Source of the DNA: Eledone cirrhosa
Taxonomy: Eukaryota
Assembly (NCBI GenBank): GCA_964016885.1
Contig: OZ024742.1
Span: 168,206,001 to 168,270,000 of the forward strand
Direction of reading: 5' to 3'
DNA length: 64,000 bases
This document shows, in pieces, positions 11,279 to 24,680 of the stretch. Numbering within the stretch: the first letter of the stretch is position 1; the number at the start of each line of letters is the position of its first letter. A program made the translations under genes and the position numbers. Below the pieces are notes generated by a model. That model made no database searches and had not been told where the DNA came from. It saw nothing but the letters and a program-made list of their open reading frames with translations.

Positions 11279-12389
11279 AATCATTAAAATCCCATTAAAA
11301 ATACATTAAAGGCCCATTAAAAACGCCATAAAAAATCCATTAAAAAAAATCCATTAAAAAAAAATTCAATCAAAAACCCATAAAAGAAACATTAAAACAG
11401 CATTTAAAAAACCCATTAAAAATTCATTAAAAAAATCCATTTAAAAAATCCATTAAAAATCCATTAAAAATCCATTAAAAATCCATTAAAAATCCATTAA
11501 AAATAATCCATTAAAAAAAAATTCAATCAAAAACCCATAAAAGAAACATTAAAACAGCATTTAAAAATCCATTAAAAAAAATCCATTTAAAAAAATCCAT
11601 TAAAAAAGCCATTAAAAATCCATTAAAAATCCATTAAAAAAATCCATTAAAAAAAAATCCATTAAAAAAAATCCATTAAAAATCCATTAAAAAAATCCAT
11701 TTAAAAAAATCCATTAAAAAATCCATTAAAAATCCATTAAAAATCCATTAAAAAATCCATTTAAAAAACCCATTAAAAAAATCCATTTAAAAAATCCATT
11801 TAAAAAATCCATTAAAAAAAATCCATTTAAAAAAACCCATTAAAAAAAATCCATTAAGAAAATCCATTTAAAAAATCCATTAAAAAAAATCCATTAAAAA
11901 AAATCCATAAAAAAAAATCCATTAAAAAAAATCCATTAAAAAAAAAATCCGTTAAAAAAAATCCATTAAAAAAAAATCCGTTAAAAAAATCCATTAAAAG
12001 CTCAATCCCATTAAAAACGCCATAAAAATCATTAAAATCCAATTAAAGATACATTAAAGGCCCATTAAAAACGCCATAAAAAATCCATTAAAAAAATCCA
12101 TTAAAAAAAACTCAATCAAAAACCCATAAAAGAAACATTAAAACAGCATTTAAAAAATCCATTAAAAATCCATTAAAAAAATCCATTTAATAAAATCCAT
12201 TAAAAAATCCATTAAAAATCCATTAAAAATCCATTAAAAATCCATTAAAAATCCATTAAAAATCCATTAAAAAAATCCATTAAAAAAATCCATTAAAAAA
12301 AGCCATTAAAAAAATCCATTAAAAAAAGCCATTAAAAAAATCCATTAAAAAAAAATCCATTAAAAATCCATTAAAAAAATCCATTAAAA

Positions 12390-13310
12390 ACCCATTAAAA
12401 ATCCATTAAAAAATCCATTAAAAAACCCATTAAAAAAAATCCATTAAAAAAATCCATTTAAAAAATCCATTTAAAAAAAATCCATTTAAAAAACCCATTA
12501 AAAAAAATCCATTAAAAAAATCCATTTAAAAAAATCCATTAAAAAAATCCATTAAAAAAATCCATTTAAAAAATCCATAAAAAAAACCCATTAAAAAAAA
12601 TCCATTAAAAAAAAAATCCATTAAAAAAAATCCATTAAAAAAAATCCATTAAAAATCCATTAAAAAAAATCCATTTAAAAAAAATTCATTAAAAAATCCA
12701 TTAAAAATCCATTAAAAATCCATTTAAAAAAATCCATTTAAAAAATCCATTTAAAAAACCCATTACAAAAAATACATTAAAAAAAATCCATAAAAAAAAA
12801 ATCCATTAAAAAAAATCCATTAAAAAAAATCTATTAAAAATCCATTAAAAATCCATTAAAAATCCATTAAAAATCCATTAAAAATCCATTAAAAATCCAT
12901 TAAAATTCATTAAAAATCCATTAAAAATCCATTAAAAAATCCATTTAAAAAAATCCATTAAAAAATCCATTAAAAAATCCATTTAAAAAATCCATTAAAA
13001 AAATCCATTAAAAAAAAATCCATTAAAAAAAAAATCCATTAAAAAAAATCAATTTAAAAAAATCCATTAAAAATCCATTAAAAAAATCCATTTAAAAAAA
13101 TCCATTAAAAACCCATTAAAAACCCATTAAAAATCCATTAAAAATCCATTTAAAAAACCCATTTAAAAAAATCCATTAAAAAAAATCCATTTAAAAAATC
13201 CATTAAAAAAAATCCATTAAAAAAACCCATTAAAAAAATCCATTAAAAAAATCCATTTAAAAAATTCATTAAAAAAAATTCATTAAAAAAAATCCATAAA
13301 AAAATCCATT
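12390..13310 (+). repeat. About 0.9 kb block duplicated at ~15865-16790 (offset ~3474)
   Basis: Shared rare markers CATTACAAAAAATACATT (12761 and 16235) and TCTATT, plus the same order of A-run lengths. Confidence 0.8.
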
Positions 13311-13635
13311 TAAAAAATCCATTAAAAAAAATCCATTTAAAACAACCCATTAAAAAAAATCCATTAAAAAAAACCCATTAAAAAAAATCCATTAAAAAAA
13401 TCCATTTAAAAAATCCATTAAAAAAATCCATTAAAAAAATCCATTTAAAAAATCCATTAAAAAAAATCCATTAAAAAAATCCATAAAAAAAATCCATTAA
13501 AAAAAATCCATTAAAAAAAAATCCGTTAAAAAAATCCATTAAAAACTCAATCAAAAACCCAATTAAAAGGCCATAAAAGAAACATTAAAACAGCATTTAA
13601 AATACCATTAAAAACGCCATAAAAAATCATTAAAA

Positions 13636-13692
13636 TTGTTTTTTATGAAATTTATAATATGGCTTTTAATGAATTTTTTAATGGGCTTTTAG
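13636..13692 (-). repeat. 57-bp inverted insert, copy 7 (T allele)
   Basis: T-allele string. Confidence 0.93.
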
Positions 13693-15134
13693 AATCATTA
13701 AAATCCCATTAAAAATACATTAAAGGCCCATTAAAAACGCCATAAAAAATCCATTAAAAAAATCCATTAAAAAAAAACTCAATCAAAAACCCATAAAAGA
13801 AACATTAAAACAGCATTTAAAAAATCCATTAAAAATCCATTAAAAAAAAATCCATTAACAAAATCCATTAAAAATCCATTAAAAAAATCCATTTAAAAAA
13901 ATCCATTAAAAAATCCATTAAAAACCCATTAAAAATCCATTAAAAATCCATTAAAAATCCATTAAAAAATCCATTTAAAAAACCCATTAAAAAAATCCAT
14001 TAAAAAATCCATTTAAAAATCCATTAAAAAAAATCCATTTAAAAAAACCCATTAAAAAAAATCCATTAAAAAAATCCATTTAAAAAATCCATAAAAAAAA
14101 ATCCATAAAAAAAATCCATTAAAAAAAATCCGTTAAAAAAAAAATCCGTTAAAAAAAATCCATTAAAAATCCATTAAAAATCCATTAAAAATCCATTAAA
14201 AATCCATTAAAAATCAATTTAAAAAAATCCATTAAAAAAATCCATTAAAAAAATCCATTTAAAAAATCCATTAAAAAAAATCCATTAAAAAAAATCCATT
14301 AAAAAAAATCCATTAAAAAAAATAAATTTAAAAAAATCCATTAAAAATCCATTAAAAAAATCCATTTAAAAAAATCCATTAAAAACCCATTAAAAATCCA
14401 TTAAAAATCCATTAAAAAATCCATTTAAAAAAACCATTAAAAAAAATCCATTAAAAAAATCCATTTAAAAAATCCATTAAAAAAAATCCATTAAAAAAAC
14501 CCATTAAAAAAAATCCATTAAAAAAATCCATTTAAAAAATCCATTAAAAAAAATCCATTAAAAAAATCCATTTAAAAAAATCCATTAAAAAAATCCATTT
14601 AAAAAATCCATTTAAAAATCCATTTAAAAAATCCATTAAAAAAAATCCATTAAAAAAAACCATTAAAAAATCCATTAAAAAAAATCCCATTAAAAATACA
14701 TTAAAGGCCCATTAAAAACGCCATAAAAAATCCATTAAAAAAATCCATTAAAAAAAAACTCAATCAAAAACCCATAAAAGAAACATTAAAACAGCATTTA
14801 AAAAATCCATTAAAAAAATCCATTTAAAAAAATCCATTAAAAAATCCATTAAAAATCCATTAAAAATCCATTAAAAAATCCATTAAAAATCCATTAAAAA
14901 TCCATTAAAAATCCATTAAAAAATCCATTTAAAAAAATCCATTAAAAAAATCCATTAAAAAATCCATTTAAAAAATCCATTTAAAAAAATCCATTAAAAA
15001 AAATCCATTAAAAAAAAAATCCGTTAAAAAAAATCCATTAAAAACTCAATCAAACACCCAATTAAAAGGCCATAAAAGAAACATTAAAACAGCATTTAAA
15101 ATACCATTAAAAACGCCATAAAAAATCATTAAAA

Positions 15135-15191
15135 TTGTTTTTTATGAAATTTATAATATGGCTTTTAATGAACTTTTTAATGGGCTTTTAG
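15135..15191 (-). repeat. 57-bp inverted insert, copy 8 (C allele)
   Basis: C-allele string; CAAACACCC upstream. Confidence 0.93.
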
Positions 15192-15762
15192 AATCATTAA
15201 AATCCCATTAAAAATACATTAAAGGCCCATTAAAAACGCCATAAAAAATCCATTAAAAAAAATCCATTAAAAAAAAATTCAATCAAAAACCCATAAAAGA
15301 AACATTAAAACAGCATTTAAAAAACCCATTAAAAATTCATTAAAAAAATCCATTTAAAAAATCCATTAAAAATCCATTAAAAATCCATTAAAAATCCATT
15401 AAAAATCCATTAAAAATCCATTAAAAATAATCCATTAAAAAAATATTCAATCAAAAACCCATAAAAGAAACATTAAAACAGCATTTAAAAAATCCATTAA
15501 AAAAAATCCATTTAAAAAAATCCATTAAAAAAGCCATTAAAAATCCATTAAAAATCCATTAAAAAATCCATTAAAAAAAAATCCATTAAAAAAAATCCAT
15601 TAAAAATCCATTAAAAAAATCCATTTAAAAAAATCCATTAAAAAAAAATCCGTTAAAAAAATCCATTAAAAACTCAATCAAAAACCCAATTAAAAGGCCA
15701 TAAAAGAAACATTAAAACAGCATTTAAAATACCATTAAAAACGCCATAAAAAATCATTAAAA

Positions 15763-15819
15763 TTGTTTTTTATGAAATTTATAATATGGCTTTTAATGAA
15801 TTTTTTAATGGGCTTTTAG
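15763..15819 (-). repeat. 57-bp inverted insert, copy 9 (T allele)
   Basis: T-allele string; the downstream cassette is truncated after GGCCCATT. Confidence 0.93.
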
Positions 15820-17348
15820 AATCATTAAAATCCCATTAAAAATACATTAAAGGCCCATTAAAAACCCATTAAAAATCCATTAAAAAATCCATTAAAAAAC
15901 CCATTAAAAAAAATCCATTAAAAAAATCCATTTAAAAAATCCATTTAAAAAAAATCCATTTAAAAAACCCATTAAAAAAAATCCATTAAAAAAATCCATT
16001 TAAAAAAATCCATTAAAAAAATCCATTAAAAAAATCCATTTAAAAAATCCATAAAAAAAACCCATTAAAAAAAATCCATTAAAAAAAAAATCCATTAAAA
16101 AAAATCCATTAAAAAAAATCCATTAAAAATCCATTAAAAAAAATCCATTTAAAAAAAATTCATTAAAAAATCCATTAAAAATCCATTAAAAATCCATTTA
16201 AAAAAATCCATTTAAAAAATCCATTTAAAAAACCCATTACAAAAAATACATTAAAAAAAATCCATAAAAAAAAAATCCATTAAAAAAAATCCATTAAAAA
16301 AAATCTATTAAAAATCCATTAAAAATCCATTAAAAATCCATTAAAAATCCATTAAAAATCCATTAAAAATCCATTAAAATTCATTAAAAATCCATTAAAA
16401 ATCCATTAAAAAATCCATTTAAAAAAATCCATTAAAAAATCCATTAAAAAATCCATTTAAAAAATCCATTAAAAAAATCCATTAAAAAAAAATCCATTAA
16501 AAAAAAAAATCCATTAAAAAAAATCAATTTAAAAAAATCCATTAAAAATCCATTAAAAAAATCCATTTAAAAAAATCCATTAAAAACCCATTAAAAACCC
16601 ATTAAAAATCCATTAAAAATCCATTTAAAAAACCCATTAAAAAAAATCCATTAAAAAAAATCCATTTAAAAAATCCATTAAAAAAAATCCATTAAAAAAA
16701 CCCATTAAAAAAATCCATTAAAAAAATCCATTTAAAAAATTCATTAAAAAAAATTCATTAAAAAAAAATCCATAAAAAAATCCATTAAAAAAATCCATTA
16801 AAAAAAATCCATTAAAAAAAATCCATTAAAAATCCATTAAAAAAATCCATTTAAAAAAATCCATTAAAAAATCCATTAAAAAACCCATTAAAAATCCATT
16901 AAAAATCCATTAAAAATCCATTAAAAATCCATTTAAAAAACCCATTTAAAAAATCCATTTAAAAAACCCATTAAAAAAAGCCATTAAAAAATCCATTTAA
17001 AAAATCCATTAAAAAAAATCCATTTAAAACAACCCATTAAAAAAAATCCATTAAAAAAAACCCATTAAAAAAAATCCATTAAAAAAATCCATTTAAAAAA
17101 TCCATTAAAAAAAATCCATAAAAAAATCCATTAAAAAAATCCATTAAAAAAATCCATTTAAAAAATCCATTAAAAAAAATCCATTAAAAAAATCCATAAA
17201 AAAAATCCATTAAAAAAAATCCATTAAAAAAAAATCCGTTAAAAAAATCCATTAAAAACTCAATCAAAAACCCAATTAAAAGGCCATAAAAGAAACATTA
17301 AAACAGCATTTAAAATACCATTAAAAACGCCATAAAAAATCATTAAAA

Positions 17349-17405
17349 TTGTTTTTTCTGAAATTTATAATATGGCTTTTAATGAATTTTTTAATGGGCT
17401 TTTAG
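17349..17405 (-). repeat. 57-bp inverted insert, copy 10 (T allele, private A>C at 17358)
   Basis: TTGTTTTTTCTG start. Confidence 0.93.
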
Positions 17406-18888
17406 AATCATTAAAATCCCATTAAAAATACATTAAAGGCCCATTAAAAACGCCATAAAAAATCCATTAAAAAAATCCATTAAAAAAAAACTCAATCAAA
17501 AACCCATAAAAGAAACATTAAAACAGCATTTAAAAAATCCATTAAAAATCCATTAAAAAAAAATCCATTAACAAAATCCATTAAAAATCCATTAAAAAAA
17601 TCCATTTAAAAAAATCCATTAAAAAATCCATTAAAAACCCATTAAAAATCCATTAAAAATCCATTAAAAATCCATTAAAAAATCCATTTAAAAAACCCAT
17701 TAAAAAAATCCATTAAAAAATCCATTTAAAAATCCATTAAAAAAAATCCATTTAAAAAAACCCATTAAAAAAAATCCATTAAAAAAATCCATTTAAAAAA
17801 TCCATAAAAAAAAATCCATAAAAAAAATCCATTAAAAAAAATCCGTTAAAAAAAAAATCCGTTAAATAAAATCCATTAAAAATCCATTAAAAATCCATTA
17901 AAAATCCATTAAAAATCCATTAAAAATCAATTTAAAAAAATCCATTAAAAAAATCCATTAAAAAAATCCATTTAAAAAATCCATTAAAAAAAATCCATTA
18001 AAAAAAATCCATTAAAAAAAATCCATTAAAAAAAATAAATTTAAAAAAATCCATTAAAAATCCATTAAAAAAATCCATTTAAAAAAATCCATTAAAAACC
18101 CATTAAAAATCCATTAAAAATCCATTAAAAAATCCATTTAAAAAAACCATTAAAAAAAATCCATTAAAAAAATCCATTTAAAAAATCCATTAAAAAAAAT
18201 CCATTAAAAAAACCCATTAAAAAAAATCCATTAAAAAAATCCATTTAAAAAATCCATTAAAAAAAATCCATTAAAAAAATCCATTTAAAAAAATCCATTA
18301 AAAAAATCCATTTAAAAAATCCATTTAAAAATCCATTTAAAAAATCCATTAAAAAAAATCCATTAAAAAAAACCATTAAAAAATCCATTAAAAAAAATCC
18401 CATTAAAAATACATTAAAGGCCCATTAAAAACGCCATAAAAAATCCATTAAAAAAATCCATTAAAAATCCATTTAAAAAACCCATTTAAAAAATCCATTT
18501 AAAAAACCCATTAAAAAAAGCCATTAAAAAATCCATTTAAAAAATCCATTAAAAAAAATCCATTTAAAACAACCCATTAAAAAAAATCCATTAAAAAAAA
18601 CCCATTAAAAAAAATCCATTAAAAAAATCCATTTAAAAAATCCATTAAAAAAAATCCATAAAAAAATCCATTAAAAAAATCCATTAAAAAAATCCATTTA
18701 AAAAATCCATTAAAAAAAATCCATTAAAAAAATCCATAAAAAAAATCCATTAAAAAAAATCCATTAAAAAAAAATCCGTTAAAAAAATCCATTAAAAACT
18801 CAATCAAAAACCCAATTAAAAGGCCATAAAAGAAACATTAAAACAGCATTTAAAATACCATTAAAAACGCCATAAAAAATCATTAAAA

Positions 18889-18945
18889 TTGTTTTTTATG
18901 AAATTTATAATATGGCTTTTAATGAATTTTTTAATAGGCTTTTAG
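18889..18945 (-). repeat. 57-bp inverted insert, copy 11 (T allele, private G>A at 18936)
   Basis: TTAATAGGCT. Confidence 0.93.
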
Positions 18946-20409
18946 AATCATTAAAATCCCATTAAAAATACATTAAAGGCCCATTAAAAACGCCATAAAA
19001 AATCCATTAAAAAAATCCATTAAAAAAAAACTCAATCAAAAACCCATAAAAGAAACATTAAAACAGCATTTAAAAAATCCATTAAAAATCCATTAAAAAA
19101 AAATCCATTAACAAAATCCATTAAAAATCCATTAAAAAAATCCATTTAAAAAAATCCATTAAAAAATCCATTAAAAACCCATTAAAAATCCATTAAAAAT
19201 CCATTAAAAATCCATTAAAAAATCCATTTAAAAAACCCATTAAAAAAATCCATTAAAAAATCCATTTAAAAATCCATTAAAAAAAATCCATTTAAAAAAA
19301 CCCATTAAAAAAAATCCATTAAAAAAATCCATTTAAAAAATCCATAAAAAAAAATCCATAAAAAAAATCCATTAAAAAAAATCCGTTAAAAAAAAAATCC
19401 GTTAAAAAAAATCCATTAAAAATCCATTAAAAATCCATTAAAAATCCATTAAAAATCCATTAAAAATCCATTAAAAATCCATTAAAAATCAATTTAAAAA
19501 AATCCATTAAAAAAATCCATTAAAAAAATCCATTTAAAAAATCCATTAAAAAAAATCCATTAAAAAAAATCCATTAAAAAAAATCCATTAAAAAAAATAA
19601 ATTTAAAAAAATCCATTAAAAATCCATTAAAAAAATCCATTTAAAAAAATCCATTAAAAACCCATTAAAAATCCATTAAAAATCCATTAAAAAATCCATT
19701 TAAAAAAACCATTAAAAAAAATCCATTAAAAAAATCCATTTAAAAAATCCATTAAAAAAAATCCATTAAAAAAACCCATTAAAAAAAATCCATTAAAAAA
19801 ATCCATTTAAAAAATCCATTAAAAAAAATCCATTAAAAAAATCCATTTAAAAAAATCCATTAAAAAAATCCATTTAAAAAATCCATTTAAAAATCCATTT
19901 AAAAAATCCATTAAAAAAAATCCATTAAAAAAAACCATTAAAAAATCCATTAAAAAAAATCCCATTAAAAATACATTAAAGGCCCATTAAAAACGCCATA
20001 AAAAATCCATTAAAAAAATCCATTAAAAAAAAACTCAATCAAAAACCCATAAAAGAAACATTAAAACAGCATTTAAAAAATCCATTAAAAAAATCCATTT
20101 AAAAAAATCCATTAAAAAATCCATTAAAAATCCATTAAAAATCCATTAAAAAATCCATTAAAAATCCATTAAAAATCCATTAAAAATCCATTAAAAAATC
20201 CATTTAAAAAAATCCATTAAAAAAATCCATTAAAAAATCCATTTAAAAAATCCATTTAAAAAAATCCATTAAAAAAAATCCATTAAAAAAAAAATCCGTT
20301 AAAAAAAATCCATTAAAAACTCAATCAAACACCCAATTAAAAGGCCATAAAAGAAACATTAAAACAGCATTTAAAATACCATTAAAAACGCCATAAAAAA
20401 TCATTAAAA

Positions 20410-20466
20410 TTGTTTTTTATGAAATTTATAATATGGCTTTTAATGAACTTTTTAATGGGCTTTTAG
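20410..20466 (-). repeat. 57-bp inverted insert, copy 12 (C allele)
   Basis: C-allele string; CAAACACCC upstream. Confidence 0.93.
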
Positions 20467-21025
20467 AATCATTAAAATCCCATTAAAAATACATTAAAGG
20501 CCCATTAAAAACGCCATAAAAAATCCATTAAAAAAAATCCATTAAAAAAAAATTCAATCAAAAACCCATAAAAGAAACATTAAAACAGCATTTAAAAAAC
20601 CCATTAAAAATTCATTAAAAAAATCCATTTAAAAAATCCATTAAAAATCCATTAAAAATCCATTAAAAATCCATTAAAAATCCATTAAAAATCCATTAAA
20701 AATAATCCATTAAAAAAAAATTCAATCAAAAACCCATAAAAGAAACATTAAAACAGCATTTAAAAAATCCATTAAAAAAAATCCATTTAAAAAAATCCAT
20801 TAAAAAAGCCATTAAAAATCCATTAAAAATCCATTAAAAAAATCCATTAAAAAAAAATCCATTAAAAAAAATCCATTAAAAATCCATTAAAAAAATCCAT
20901 TTAAAAAAATCCATTAAAAAAAAATCCATTAAAAACTCAATCAAAAACCCAATTAAAAGGCCATAAAAGAAACATTAAAACAGCATTTAAAATACCATTA
21001 AAAACGCCATAAAAAATCATTAAAA

Positions 21026-21082
21026 TTGTTTTTTATGAAATTTATAATATGGCTTTTAATGAATTTTTTAATGGGCTTTTAG
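21026..21082 (-). repeat. 57-bp inverted insert, copy 13 (T allele)
   Basis: T-allele string. Confidence 0.93.
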
Positions 21083-22553
21083 AATCATTAAAATCCCATT
21101 AAAAATACATTAAAGGCCCATTAAAAACGCCATAAAAAATCCATTAAAAAAATCCATTAAAAAAAAACTCAATCAAAAACCCATAAAAGAAACATTAAAA
21201 CAGCATTTAAAAAATCCATTAAAAATCCATTAAAAAAAAATCCATTAACAAAATCCATTAAAAATCCATTAAAAAAATCCATTTAAAAAAATCCATTAAA
21301 AAATCCATTAAAAACCCATTAAAAATCCATTAAAAATCCATTAAAAATCCATTAAAAAATCCATTTAAAAAACCCATTAAAAAAATCCATTAAAAAATCC
21401 ATTTAAAAATCCATTAAAAAAATCCATTTAAAAAACCCATTAAAAAAAATCCATTAAAAAAATCCATTTAAAAAATCCATAAAAAAAAATCCATAAAAAA
21501 AATCCATTAAAAAAAATCCGTTAAAAAAAAAATCCGTTAAAAAAAATCCATTAAAAATCCATTAAAAATCCATTAAAAATCCATTAAAAATCCATTAAAA
21601 ATCAATTTAAAAAAATCCATTAAAAAAATCCATTAAAAAAATCCATTTAAAAAATCCATTTAAAAAAATCCATTAAAAAAAATCCATTAAAAAAATCCAT
21701 TAAAAAAAAATCCATTAAAAAAAATCCATTAAAAATCCATTAAAAAAATCCATTTAAAAAAATCCATTAAAAAATCCATTAAAAATCCATTAAAAATCCA
21801 TTAAAAAATCCATTTAAAAAACCCATTAAAAAAAATCCATTAAAAAAATCCATTTAAAAAATCCATTAAAAAAAATCCATTAAAAAAAACCCATTAAAAA
21901 AAATCCATTAAAAAAATCCATTTAAAAAATCCATTAAAAAAAATCCATTAAAAAAATCCATTTAAAAAAATCCATTAAAAAAATCCATTTAAAAAATCCA
22001 TTAAAAAATCCATTTAAAAAATCCATTAAAAAAAATCCATTAAAAAAAACCATTAAAAAATCCATTAAAAAAAATCCCATTAAAAATACATTAAAGGCCC
22101 ATTAAAAACGCCATAAAAAATCCATTAAAAAAATCCATTAAAAAAAAACTCAATCAAAAACCCATAAAAGAAACATTAAAACAGCATTTAAAAAATCCAT
22201 TAAAAAAATCCATTTAAAAAAATCCATTAAAAAATCCATTAAAAATCCATTAAAAATCCATTAAAAAATCCATTAAAAATCCATTAAAAATCCATTAAAA
22301 ATCCATTAAAAAATCCATTTAAAAAAATCCATTAAAAAAATCCATTAAAAAATCCATTTAAAAAATCCATTTAAAAAAATCCATTAAAAAAAATCCATTA
22401 AAAAAAAATCCATTAAAAAAAATCCATTAAAAAAAAAATCCGTTAAAAAAAATCCATTAAAAACTCAATCAAACACCCAATTAAAAGGCCATAAAAGAAA
22501 CATTAAAACAGCATTTAAAATACCATTAAAAACGCCATAAAAAATCATTAAAA

Positions 22554-22610
22554 TTGTTTTTTATGAAATTTATAATATGGCTTTTAATGAACTTTTTAAT
22601 GGGCTTTTAG
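22554..22610 (-). repeat. 57-bp inverted insert, copy 14 (C allele)
   Basis: C-allele string; CAAACACCC upstream. Confidence 0.93.
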
Positions 22611-24504
22611 AATCATTAAAATCCCATTAAAAATACATTAAAGGCCCATTAAAAACGCCATAAAAAATCCATTAAAAAAAATCCATTAAAAAAAATTTCA
22701 ATCAAAAACCCATAAAAGAAACATTAAAACAGCATTTAAAAAACCCATTAAAAATTCATTAAAAAAATCCATTTAAAAAATCCATTAAAAATCCATTAAA
22801 AATCCATTAAAAATCCATTAAAAATCCATTAAAAATCCATTAAAAATCCATTAAAAATAATCCATTAAAAAAAAATTCAATCAAAAACCCATAAAAGAAA
22901 CATTAAAACAGCATTTAAAAAATCCATTAAAAAAAATCCATTTAAAAAAATCCATTAAAAAAGCCATTAAAAATCCATTAAAAATCCATTAAAAAAATCC
23001 ATTAAAAAAAAATCCATTAAAAAAAATCCATTAAAAATCCATTAAAAAATCCATTTAAAAAAATCCATTAAAAAATCCATTAAAAATCCATTAAAAATCC
23101 ATTAAAAAATCCATTTAAAAAACCCATTAAAAAAATCCATTTAAAAAATCCATTTAAAAAATCCATTAAAAAAAATCCATTTAAAAAAACCCATTAAAAA
23201 AAATCCATTAAGAAAATCCATTTAAAAAATCCATTAAAAAAAATCCATTAAAAAAAATCCATAAAAAAAAATCCATTAAAAAAAATCCATTAAAAAAAAA
23301 TCCGTTAAAAAAAATCCATTTAAAAAAAATCCGTTAAAAAAAATCCATTAAAAGCTCAATCCCATTAAAAACGCCATAAAAATCATTAAAATCCAATTAA
23401 AGATACATTAAAGGCCCATTAAAAACGCCATAAAAAATCCAAAAAAATCCATTAAAAAAAACTCAATCAAAAACCCATAAAAGAAACATTAAAACAGCAT
23501 TTAAAAAATCCATTAAAAATCCATTAAAAAAATCCATTTAATAAAATCCATTAAAAAATCCATTAAAAATCCATTAAAAACCCATTAAAAATCCATTAAA
23601 AATCCATTAAAAATCCATTAAAAAACCCATTTAAAAAAATCCATTAAAAAAATCCATTAAAAAAATCCATTAAAAAAAGCCATTAAAAAAATCCATTAAA
23701 AAAAGCCATTTAAAAAATCCATTAAAAAAAAATCCATTAAAAATCCATTAAAAAATCCATTTAAAAAAATCCATTAAAAACCCATTAAAAATCCATTAAA
23801 AAATCCATTAAAAAACCCATTAAAAAAAATCCATTAAAAAAATCCATTTAAAAAATCCATTAAAAAAAAATCCATTTAAAAAACCCATTAAAAAAAATCA
23901 ATTAAAAAAATCCATTTAAAAAATCCATTAAAAAAATCCATTAAAAAAAATCCATTAAAAGCTCAATCAAAAACCCATTAAAAACGCCATAAAAAATCAT
24001 TAAAATCCCATTAAAAATACATTAAAGGTCCATTAAAAACGCCATAAAAAATCCATTAAAAAAATCCATTAAAAAAAAACTCAATCAAAAACCCATAAAA
24101 GAAACATTAAAACATAATTTAAAAAATCCATTAAAAAAATCCATTAAAAAAAATCCATTAAAAATCCATTAAAAATCCATTGAAAATTCATTAAAAAATC
24201 CATTTAAAAAATCCATTAAAAAAATCCATTAAAAAAATCCATTTAAAAAATCCATAAAAAAAACCCATTAAAAAAAATCCATTAAAAAAAAAATCCATTA
24301 AAAAAAATCCATTAAAAAAAATCCATGAAAAATCCATTAAAAAAATCCATTTAAAAAAAATTCATTAAAAAATCCATTAAAAATCCATTAAAAATCCATT
24401 TAAAAAAATCCATTTAAAAAATCCATTTAAAAAACCCATTACAAAAAATCCATTAAAAAAAATCCATAAAAAAAAAGCCATTAAAAAAAATCCATTATAA
24501 AAAA

Positions 24505-24680
24505 TCTATTAAAAATCCATTAAAAATCAATTAAAAATCCATTAAAAATCCATTAAAAATCCATTAAAAATCCATTAAAAATCCATTAAAAATCCATTAA
24601 AAATCCATTAAAAATCCATTAAAAATCCATTAAAAATCCATTAAAAATCCATTAAAAATCCATTAAAAATCCATTAAAAA
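24505..24680 (+). repeat. Pure 11-bp run (TCCATTAAAAA)x16, the last 13 perfect
   Basis: Units start every 11 bp from 24505; two units carry substitutions (TCTATT, TCAATT). Confidence 0.9.

Larger units (their letters stand above)
16921..20020 (+). repeat. Tandem duplication with a 1540-bp unit (16921-18460 and 18461-~20020)
   Basis: Identical 60-mers start at 16921 and 18461. The inserts at 17349 and 18889 are also 1540 apart. Confidence 0.88.

Noticed and set aside
11854-12042. 62-aa minus-strand ORF (MDFNDFYGVFNG...)
   Set aside because: It is a translation of satellite monomers (F/N/G/M/D/L only), open by chance of A-run phase. Paralogous blocks give no ORF in the supplied track.
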